Shown here: positions 8,951 to 16,042 of the stretch, in pieces
Layout: every line of letters begins with the position of its first letter
Numbering within the stretch: position 1 is the stretch's first letter
Assembly: GCA_034723415.1 (NCBI GenBank)
Contig: JAYEOX010000076.1
Location: 1 to 16,042 of the forward strand
Reading direction: 5' to 3'
Origin: Fidelibacterota bacterium
GTDB lineage: Bacteria; Fidelibacterota; Fidelibacteria; Fidelibacterales; Fidelibacteraceae
DNA length: 16,042 nucleotides
Program-made: the position numbers and the translations under genes
The notes under the pieces: generated by a model
What the model was told of the DNA's origin: nothing
The model's database searches: none
Seen by the model: the letters and a program-made list of their open reading frames with translations, nothing else

Positions 8951-8976
8951 TTTTGCGACTTGGCGTCTTGGCGTGA
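8951..8976. repeat. 8-nt tandem repeat (3 units) between queF and apbE
   Basis: ttttgcga cttggcgt cttggcgt ga; GC-rich relative to the surrounding DNA. Confidence 0.6.
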
Positions 8977-8988
8977 AGACATTCATCT

Positions 8989-9378
8989 TTATTTTTTAAT
9001 TTCTCCCATAACACAAGTTGTTTCCATTCCGCCACGCACATTATAAATAGTAGTAATTTTTATTGAATTCGGCTTCAATACTTTCTTTAGATCAGTATAG
9101 ATTCTATCTGTTGCATTTTCTTGATAAATTCCTACTTCACGAAATGAGGTTAAATAATATTTTAAAGATTTCAATTCGATAATTCTATCTGATGGAATAT
9201 ACTCAACGATTAATTTCCCAATATCCGGCAAACCGCTAAATGGGCAAACTGCACTAAACTCAGGATAATCAATCGTGATAAGTTGTTTTTTGCCTTCATA
9301 TTTAATTGTTTCAATGAACTTCGGTTGAATATTATCTTCCCCTTTTATTGTTAATTTTAATCCTTCAGCTTCTGGCAT
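8989..9378 (-). CDS. queF: NADPH-dependent 7-cyano-7-deazaguanine (preQ0) reductase, unimodular QueF
   Basis: EFSAVCPFSGLPD (catalytic Cys45, Asp52), QueF motif ELKSLKYY, YQE (Glu87), C-terminal RGG. GAGGAG RBS. Confidence 0.92.
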   Translation of the reverse strand: MPEAEGLKLTIKGEDNIQPKFIETIKYEGKKQLITIDYPEFSAVCPFSGLPDIGKLIVEYIPSDRIIELKSLKYYLTSFREVGIYQENATDRIYTDLKKVLKPNSIKITTIYNVRGGMETTCVMGEIKK

Positions 9379-9415
9379 AATTTCTCCTCATCCGCTCGAC
9401 AGACGGACATTTTCA

Positions 9416-10882
9416 TTATTTTTTCTTTTTCTCTAATATTTTTATCATTTTTTCTGTAAGATAATATCCACCGGTTTTTCTACTTCCTTTTCTTTTAATT
9501 ATTCCCATTTCTTTTAAATTTCTTATCTGTCTGTCAATTGTTTTGATTGGGCGGTTATCTAGTAAAATTGATAATTCTTTTACTTTAGCACCTTCATTTT
9601 TAATTATTTTATTAAATAAAGATTTTAATCCCTCATTTAATCCCTCATTTAATCCCTCATTTAATCCCTCATTTAATCCCTCAACTGTTTTTTTATTTAC
9701 AGTCATATTTTCAGATGGGATATTTACAATTATTTTGAAGATGTCTTCTTCTAAAAGTTTAGGTGATTTGCCTGAATATTTTTTGCAATAATAATAAAGA
9801 TTTCGTATACCGGAACCAAGCTCATCAGCCCTGCCAATTTCTCTAAAAACTCTTGCAATAGAAGGATTTTTTGGAAATGGAGAATAATTATTCAGATTGA
9901 GCAAGCCAAATCCATGTGGTTTATTGCTATTTTCTGTAGTAACTTTGTCTGATGAAATAATTAGTTTTGCAGGGAAAGGACTAATAAATTCTCTATGAAT
10001 GAGAATATTTGAAATAACTTCTCTAAAAATATGATCTCTTAAACTTATTCTTTGATTCTTTTCTAAATAAAATTTATCTGATAAATGTTTAGCAATAAAA
10101 GCCATTAAACGATCATAACTTTCGATAAGATTTGTGCGAATGTCATCTCTGTCATCATATCTATTTAAATTTTTTTTTCGTAAAATTGCGTCGGTTTTGT
10201 AATGAGGTAAAACAGATAAAATTACTTCATCTTTCCCAAAAAGTAAAATACCTGCAAGCGTGAAACCTTCTTTTCCTGTTTGATAATCTTTGAGATAAAG
10301 TTGAGCACTTTTTAACATTTCAAAATCTGACATTTCATTCCAAATATGTCCTGGACGTTGATTTAATGCCAATTTTTTCGCTCTTCCGATAAGGTCAGTT
10401 CGCAGATCTTTCATTTCAACATACGGATAAATTTTATTTTCCGAATAGGAAGTTTGTTTACGCAAATACATAGCTGATACCAAACCGGAATTGTTGGAAA
10501 TATTAAAATCTCCGTCTTCATTTCGGTCAAATATCTTATTTTTATGATGATGAACTTGAGAACTTTCTGGGACATGTAAATGAATAATTGTTTTACCATT
10601 ATATTCAATTTCTTTGGGAATGAGAAAATAAGTTGGATATAATTTTTTTGGGTTATTTAAAGATGCGACTAAATCTTGTTTGATTTTTTCAACTTTATTT
10701 TTTTCAATTCCACAGATTTTTCCGTTATCTTTTACTCCAAGAAACAAGTTGCCACCATTTCTATTTAGAAAAGCACAAATAGAATCAAAAACATTTTTAT
10801 TTAATTCGGTTTTACTCTCTTTGAATTCAGTGAAAATATTTTCACCTTTTCCAATGATTTTTAATAAATTTTCTTTATTCAT
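9416..10882 (-). CDS. Schlafen/AlbA_2 domain + HATPase_c_4 ('RecG C-terminal') + winged-HTH protein
   Basis: N-terminal GENIFTEFKES and CAFLNRNGGNLFLGVKDNG. Central REVISNILIHREF and PKNPSIARVFREIGRADELGSG. C-terminal TIDRQIRNLKEMGIIKRKGSRKTGGYY. Confidence 0.9.
   Translation of the reverse strand: MNKENLLKIIGKGENIFTEFKESKTELNKNVFDSICAFLNRNGGNLFLGVKDNGKICGIEKNKVEKIKQDLVASLNNPKKLYPTYFLIPKEIEYNGKTIIHLHVPESSQVHHHKNKIFDRNEDGDFNISNNSGLVSAMYLRKQTSYSENKIYPYVEMKDLRTDLIGRAKKLALNQRPGHIWNEMSDFEMLKSAQLYLKDYQTGKEGFTLAGILLFGKDEVILSVLPHYKTDAILRKKNLNRYDDRDDIRTNLIESYDRLMAFIAKHLSDKFYLEKNQRISLRDHIFREVISNILIHREFISPFPAKLIISSDKVTTENSNKPHGFGLLNLNNYSPFPKNPSIARVFREIGRADELGSGIRNLYYYCKKYSGKSPKLLEEDIFKIIVNIPSENMTVNKKTVEGLNEGLNEGLNEGLNEGLKSLFNKIIKNEGAKVKELSILLDNRPIKTIDRQIRNLKEMGIIKRKGSRKTGGYYLTEKMIKILEKKKK
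9624..9683. repeat. Perfect in-frame 12-bp tandem repeat x5 encoding (EGLN)n
   Basis: tttaatccctca occurs five times with no mismatch; the protein reads VEGLNEGLNEGLNEGLNEGLK. Confidence 0.98.
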
Positions 10883-10949
10883 TATTTTTTCTTCTTTTTT
10901 TCGTTAAAATTATCAAAAAATATTAAAAAAACAAATATTATTATCTTTC

Positions 10950-12845
10950 TCAATACACAAAAACAACAGCACTATTTGGAAGTATCCACTGATCTTTGTT
11001 TAATGAGACACTAATAGAATTTTTCTTTTTAATTATTTTTACATTTTTATTTTTGTCATAAAACATTGGAACACTTGTTACCTTGTCAAACAAATTGTCA
11101 TACTCAAATTGTATAAAAGCACCTTGTGTAAATCCCGTAATATAAATTGATAATTGATGATAAGATTTGGGATAATAGGTAATTGTTTCTATTGAAAATT
11201 TCACTTCCTGACCGATCAATTTATTTAATTTTGAATGTGAGCACTTTAATTCGATACAATCATCGCTTATTGATTGCTCATATTCTAAAAATATATCATT
11301 TATTTTAACATTATTTATTGAAAACAGATCTTTCTGTAAATCAAAGTTACTATCTAATAACCAGCGATATTCCACATCGTTTCTGTTGAAATATTTTTGT
11401 AATAACTTCTCATTTTTTGCACAAGCAATATAAAAATAATCATTTTCTAATATTTTTTCAAATGTCAAATAAGTATGAACTTTATAATAATCTGAGAATT
11501 TTTTTTGCTGTGATTTTTTAAAGTAAACCTTATGAACAAAGTTTTTTCTATAATAAACATTCTGATTAATTTCATTTAAATAATTTTTTAAAATATTTGA
11601 ATATATCATTTTTGAAATTTCTTCTTGAGGAAATCTTTGTTCAATAGATTTTTTAATTATCTCATTTATCTTATCTCCCGGATAATCACTTGATACAAAT
11701 TCACGACGCGTCAAAGGTGAAACAGATATATTCTTTCCATTATCATAATAATATCTTTTTGCGCGTCTTCCGATCTGACACAGTAATTCATAACTCGACC
11801 CATTGTAAAAAGATGCAATATTTTCAACTCTCATTTTATCATTTTTTCCGCCGAATAGAGTAACAATATCACCAACTTTTACCTTCCCCAACTCTGAAAC
11901 ATCAACAGCGATCATATCCATACTTACCTTACCAATGACATTGCAAATATTTCCGTTGATCAAAACTTTACCTTTATTTGATAACAAATAATCATAACCG
12001 TCGGCGTACCCTATTGGCAAAATAGCGTATTTGATATTTCTTTTTGTAACAAAAGTTCTGTTATAGCCAATTGATTCACCAATTTCTGCCGTTCTGATCT
12101 GACTTATTTTCGATTTAAAGGTCATCACCGGTTTCAATTTTATTTTTGCTTTCAAGGATTCGTCAGAATATACGCCATAAGACAACAAACCAATTCTTAC
12201 TAAATTTGAATATTTATTTTGAAAATTGACAACTCCGCTGCTGTTTGAAATATGGACATATTTTGGTTTCATTTTAATCTTGTCAAGAATATGAGCAAAT
12301 CTTTCAGATTGTAAATTAGTAAATTCGTAATCATTTTCACTTGCTGAAAAATGTGAAAAGATCCCTTCAATTTGTAAATGTTTTAATTTTTGGATCTTGC
12401 CATATTCACTTTTAGCTTTTTTATAATTGAAACCACTTCGACCCATTCCTGTATCAAAATTTATATGAATATTTGTAACAATATTTTTCTTTTTAGAAAA
12501 TTCATTTAATTTTTCAGCAAATTTAAATGTAGAAACTGTTGGTGTCAAATTATTTTCAATTATCATCTTTAATTCATTTTCAAAAGATGGAGATAATATT
12601 AAAATTGGGATTTTGATGTTGTTGTGTCGTAATAATTTCCCCTCTTCCGCATTTGCTACACCGAGGAATGAAGCCCCTAATTTAATAGCTTTTTCAGCAA
12701 TTTCTACAGAGCCGTGACCATAAGCATCTGCTTTTACTATTTGCATATACTTTACATTTTGAGGAATATTTTTTTTAAGCTGTAACAAATTAAATTCAAA
12801 ATTTGAAAGATTGATTTCTGTCCAGCTTCTATCTTTTGTACTCAT
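10950..12845 (-). CDS. alr: Alanine racemase with a ~265-aa C-terminal extension
   Basis: IVKADAYGHG (PLP Lys38), HINFDTGMGRSG, GIFSHF, HISNS, VRIGL, SIGYNRT (catalytic Tyr), IGYADGY, GKVSMDM, YELLC. The racemase domain ends near residue 365 of 631. Confidence 0.95.
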   Translation of the reverse strand: MSTKDRSWTEINLSNFEFNLLQLKKNIPQNVKYMQIVKADAYGHGSVEIAEKAIKLGASFLGVANAEEGKLLRHNNIKIPILILSPSFENELKMIIENNLTPTVSTFKFAEKLNEFSKKKNIVTNIHINFDTGMGRSGFNYKKAKSEYGKIQKLKHLQIEGIFSHFSASENDYEFTNLQSERFAHILDKIKMKPKYVHISNSSGVVNFQNKYSNLVRIGLLSYGVYSDESLKAKIKLKPVMTFKSKISQIRTAEIGESIGYNRTFVTKRNIKYAILPIGYADGYDYLLSNKGKVLINGNICNVIGKVSMDMIAVDVSELGKVKVGDIVTLFGGKNDKMRVENIASFYNGSSYELLCQIGRRAKRYYYDNGKNISVSPLTRREFVSSDYPGDKINEIIKKSIEQRFPQEEISKMIYSNILKNYLNEINQNVYYRKNFVHKVYFKKSQQKKFSDYYKVHTYLTFEKILENDYFYIACAKNEKLLQKYFNRNDVEYRWLLDSNFDLQKDLFSINNVKINDIFLEYEQSISDDCIELKCSHSKLNKLIGQEVKFSIETITYYPKSYHQLSIYITGFTQGAFIQFEYDNLFDKVTSVPMFYDKNKNVKIIKKKNSISVSLNKDQWILPNSAVVFVY

Positions 12846-13200
12846 ATTATTAACAAAACCTTAAAATGACTTTTTATTTTCATTATTTCATTTTCTATAT
12901 ATTAAGTTAATATATTTTTAGCAAAATTAATATCTTTTTTGATATTTTTCTTAAGTTTTTTTTCTTGGAACAATATCACCATCGAAAACACCGAATAAAT
13001 TTATTGCAAAATGGTAAGGGAGAAAATAAAAAGGGAAATTAAAACACACTGTTCACAGGATAATTTATTATTTTATTAAAATTTATGTTAATTCGTTTTA
13101 GCAGTGTTTAATAAATTCATAATTCTATAATTTATATATATGTTTTACAGACCGTTTTGATTCTCTAATAATCCCGTTAAAAGATATTCTCAAAAAAAGT

Positions 13201-13229
13201 TTGCAATAGATATATTTTTCTATTATATT
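13201..13229 (+). promoter_or_regulatory. Putative sigma70 promoter of tRNA-Glu
   Basis: TTGCAA (13201-13206), a 17-bp spacer and TATATT (13224-13229), ending 16 nt before the tRNA. Confidence 0.65.
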
Positions 13230-13245
13230 TATAAGCTTTTTTAAA

Positions 13246-13317
13246 GTCGCGTTCGTCTAGTGGTTAGGACTCAGGATTTTCATTCCTGCAACAGGGGTTC
13301 AATTCCCCTACGCGATA
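13246..13317 (+). tRNA. tRNA-Glu (anticodon UUC); CCA not encoded
   Basis: Acceptor GTCGCGT/ACGCGAT, D-arm GTCT-AGTGGTTA-GGAC, anticodon stem CAGGA/TCCTG with loop TT-TTC-AT, T-arm AGGGG-TTCAATT-CCCCT, discriminator A, then CTA. Confidence 0.97.
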
Positions 13318-13364
13318 CTATCAACAATTAATTTGAAAAAATATCAAAACTCAATTTTCTAAAA

Positions 13365-13565
13365 TTAGTTGTCTTTTTTACTATAAATAATATATTCAAC
13401 GATTAAAAGCCATAATGGAAATGAAATACTTAGTAATATTTGAGTATCCACCCCGATTACATTTTCTCCATTAATTAAATTCAATGACTTAAATATTAGA
13501 AATATTATTGTTCCCAATGATAAGCTCTGAAGTATTCCAAAGATCCAAAATATTTTTGTCTTCAT
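13365..13565 (-). CDS. Small hypothetical membrane protein (two predicted TM helices)
   Basis: 66 aa with two hydrophobic stretches and a basic tail. GAGGG lies 4 nt before the ATG. Confidence 0.7.
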   Translation of the reverse strand: MKTKIFWIFGILQSLSLGTIIFLIFKSLNLINGENVIGVDTQILLSISFPLWLLIVEYIIYSKKDN

Positions 13566-13670
13566 GATTCCCTCTAAATAAATTTTAATTTAATATAATA
13601 ATTTAAAAAAAACATTTAAAATGTCAAAATTATTTCATATATTTTATTAAAGATCAATAAGGAGGAAAAA

Positions 13671-15656
13671 ATGAAAAAGCAATATGTTAAAGCAGAAGAT
13701 ATTTATAATTTATATTTCCCATCCGATCCACAAATTTCGCCTGATGGCAAAAAACTAATTTATGTTAAAAAATGGATCCACAAAAGTGACAATAAATATT
13801 ATTCAAATATTCGTTCTGTAGAAATTCCTAATAAGAAAGAAAAACCATTAACTAAAGGCAATCAAGTTGATATTTTTCCACGCTGGCATCCGACTAAAAA
13901 ACAGATAATATTTATTCGTAAAAAAGACAATATTTCAAGTTTAATCTCGATTAGTTTAAAAAGTAAAAAAGAGAAAGAAATCGCTGTCTTTAAAAGAGGC
14001 GAAATGAAAAAAATAGCGTTTTCTCCTAACGGTGAATATATTGGATTATTAGTTCATAAATTCGGGAAAGAGATAAAACTTGATAAAAAAAATAAGCAAA
14101 AAACACCGGTTGTCAGAGATATTGATCGTTTATATTATAGAGAGGATGGGAATGGTTTTAATGATTCTGAGAAAACACAATTATATATTATTAAAGGTAA
14201 AAATAATAAATTGCAAAAAATCACTAATGTAAAAGAAGATATTCTCAACTTTACCTGGTCAGATTATAGTGATAAAATTGCATATACTTACAACGCTAAT
14301 GATGATCCGGACAGATATATGGAAGAAAGTGAGATTTTTATCTACGATCTAAAAAAACGCAAAACAGAGAAATTGAAGAAGAAAAAAGGACCGGTCGGTT
14401 TCTTAAAATTTTCTCCGGATAATAAATTCCTCTATTTTTCCGGACATTTTAAGCCCAATCATAGTTGGGGTGCAGAAAATATGAGAATTCATAGGATCTC
14501 ACTGCAAAATGGTAAAATCAAATCAATGACTAAAAAAATCGATCGAACAACAGAGATGTTAACATTGGGAGATATTTCGCCAATGTTTACGATGCAGGAG
14601 CCGATCATTGATCCACAAATGAAAAACATGTATTTTACAATTAGTTCAAATGGTGGAAATCCACTATTGAAATTATCACTTAAAACTGATAAAGTTTCTT
14701 ATGTAATTGATGGTAAACATTCTATTGTAAGTTATTCTGCTTCTAAAAATGCAAATTCGTTTGCAATCCATTTAACTCAAATGAAATATCCTGATGAAAT
14801 TTATCATCTAAATATTAATGAAAAATCATTTGAAAAAGTAACTTCAATGAATGAAAAATATACAAACAAACGTATTTATAATATACCGACTTCTTCTATT
14901 GTAAAAAATGGATCTGCCTCTATTCATACTTGGCTATTAAAACCACCAAGTTTTGATCCCGGGAAAAAATATCCTTTACTTCTAAATATCCATGGTGGTC
15001 CTCGTTGTCAATATGGATACAATTGGTTCCACGAGATGCATTATTTTGCTGCTAATGGCTATGTGGTTTTATATACGAATCCAAGAGGAAGTCAAGGATA
15101 TGGGAAAAAATTTGCAGATGCAATCACAGGCAAATGGGCAGAACCGGCATATTCTGACTTAATGAAATGTGTTAAAAATTTTTCTAAACAAGAATATATT
15201 GATAAAAATAATTTATTCGTTACCGGTGGTAGTTATGGTGGATATATGACTAATTGGATAGTTACACAGACAAACTGTTTCAAAGCCGCTGTTACTCAAC
15301 GATCTATTTCAAATCTTTCTTCTTTCTTTGGCACTTCTGATTTTGGATGGGATTTGGCGACAGAATTTAACGGACCGCCTTGGAAGGAAAAGAAAACATA
15401 TAAAAAATGGTCGGCTTTAACTTATGCAAAAAGAATTAAAACACCTTTAATGATCATTCATTCTGAAAATGATCTAAGATGTCCAATAGAACAAGCAGAA
15501 CAACTTTTCGTTCGCTTAAAATATGATAAAAAAGATGTTCGCCTAATAAGATTTCCGGAAGAACCACACGGATTAAGCAGGAACGGAAGACCTGATAGAA
15601 GAGTCAAAAGATTGGAACTTATGCTTGAATGGTTTGAACAATATAGAAGACAATAA
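13671..15656 (+). CDS. S9 family (S9C acylaminoacyl-peptidase-like) serine peptidase, cytoplasmic
   Basis: N-terminal propeller repeats (DPQISPDG, FSPNG, FSPDN), IHGGP, NPRGSQGYG, GGSYGG nucleophile, SENDLRC Asp, EPHG His. AGGAGG RBS; no signal peptide. Confidence 0.96.
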   Translation: MKKQYVKAEDIYNLYFPSDPQISPDGKKLIYVKKWIHKSDNKYYSNIRSVEIPNKKEKPLTKGNQVDIFPRWHPTKKQIIFIRKKDNISSLISISLKSKKEKEIAVFKRGEMKKIAFSPNGEYIGLLVHKFGKEIKLDKKNKQKTPVVRDIDRLYYREDGNGFNDSEKTQLYIIKGKNNKLQKITNVKEDILNFTWSDYSDKIAYTYNANDDPDRYMEESEIFIYDLKKRKTEKLKKKKGPVGFLKFSPDNKFLYFSGHFKPNHSWGAENMRIHRISLQNGKIKSMTKKIDRTTEMLTLGDISPMFTMQEPIIDPQMKNMYFTISSNGGNPLLKLSLKTDKVSYVIDGKHSIVSYSASKNANSFAIHLTQMKYPDEIYHLNINEKSFEKVTSMNEKYTNKRIYNIPTSSIVKNGSASIHTWLLKPPSFDPGKKYPLLLNIHGGPRCQYGYNWFHEMHYFAANGYVVLYTNPRGSQGYGKKFADAITGKWAEPAYSDLMKCVKNFSKQEYIDKNNLFVTGGSYGGYMTNWIVTQTNCFKAAVTQRSISNLSSFFGTSDFGWDLATEFNGPPWKEKKTYKKWSALTYAKRIKTPLMIIHSENDLRCPIEQAEQLFVRLKYDKKDVRLIRFPEEPHGLSRNGRPDRRVKRLELMLEWFEQYRRQ

Positions 15657-15658
15657 AT

Positions 15659-15826
15659 ATGTGGACTAATCTTAATAAAATTTTGGCTGTTGGGATCGGT
15701 GGGTTTATCGGTTCAATATCTCGCTATTTAATTAGTGGATGGATCCAACAAGTTTCACATAGCATTTTAAAAACCATGATAGTTCCAATATTCTCAATAA
15801 AATATAAAAAACAATTTGAAATTTAA
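15659..15826 (+). pseudogene. crcB: Truncated fluoride channel CrcB/FluC remnant (TM1 only, 55-aa ORF)
   Basis: Manual translation MWTNLNKILAVGIGGFIGSISRYLISGWIQQVSHSI matches Fluc TM1 (GGxxGxxxRY). The expected FPxGTLxVN and GGxTTFS motifs are absent, and the frame runs through unrelated AT-rich sequence to TAA at 15826. Confidence 0.8.
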
Positions 15827-15878
15827 AAATTAATTATTATTATATTAGAAAGGAAGTTAATATAAAACAGAGGTAAAA

Positions 15879-16042
15879 ATGGAAAATGATTATTTATGTC
15901 CCAAATGTAAAGGACAGTTGAAAATAAAAGGAAGTATTGTCTTTTCGGCAAAAACACCCTCCGGAGAAAAGGGATTAATTTTGTTAAGTCCAAAAATCGG
16001 TGATTATCATGTAACAAAACATCCGGAATTCAAAATTAAAGA
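15879..16042 (+). CDS. Hypothetical protein with N-terminal CxxC (partial, runs off the window)
   Basis: AGAGGT RBS, then ATG 15879. Open frame MENDYLCPKCKGQLKIKGSIVFSAKTPSGEKGLILLSPKIGDYHVTKHPEFKIK to the window end. Confidence 0.8.
   Translation, partial: MENDYLCPKCKGQLKIKGSIVFSAKTPSGEKGLILLSPKIGDYHVTKHPEFKIK

Noticed and set aside
8989..9378. QueF-like amidinotransferase (QueF-L) or GTP cyclohydrolase I
   Set aside because: The NADPH-binding QueF motif ELKSLKYY is intact and the FolE zinc ligands are absent.
9379..9415. preQ1 riboswitch upstream of queF
   Set aside because: The gap is only 37 nt and lacks the preQ1-I stem-loop plus A-rich tail pattern.
182..10907. Short antisense or alternate-frame ORFs (e.g. 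182-430, 318-518, 436-669, 1025-1216, 1324-1545, 3593-3847, 5609-5839, 6472-6669, 7811-8035, 8864-9046, 9543-9791, 10411-10608, 10680-10907)
   Set aside because: They overlap well-supported genes and show no recognisable motifs; they are shadow ORFs.
12846..13200. Small ORF or riboswitch in the alr-tRNA gap
   Set aside because: Only a ~32-codon GTG-start frame without an RBS is present, and I could not match a riboswitch consensus. It is most likely divergent promoter DNA.
15823..16017. 64-aa minus-strand ORF
   Set aside because: It is antisense to the better-supported plus-strand CxxC ORF, which has an RBS.

Overview
AT-rich bacterial chromosomal window (roughly 30% GC by eye). The GWxTD protein, the non-canonical lipobox and the tRNA style suggest an FCB-superphylum-type organism; this is an inference, not tested. 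In positional order the minus strand carries a ROK sugar kinase, a secreted GWxTD-domain protein and smc. Divergent from smc is an AmiE/AmpC-like serine hydrolase (+). Next is a minus-strand cluster transcribed alr (with an unexplained ~265-aa C-terminal extension), a Schlafen/AlbA_2-HATPase-wHTH gene containing a 5x12-bp repeat, queF, apbE. The right end holds tRNA-Glu(UUC), a 66-aa two-TM protein, an S9 peptidase, a truncated crcB/fluC remnant and the start of a CxxC protein; the last two are absent from the ORF track. No transposase, integrase or CRISPR array is evident. The most notable points are the Alr fusion domain, a family of short-period intergenic repeats (one copy interrupted by a 41-bp palindromic insert), the fluC remnant and an NrdR-box-like site on the predicted smc promoter.
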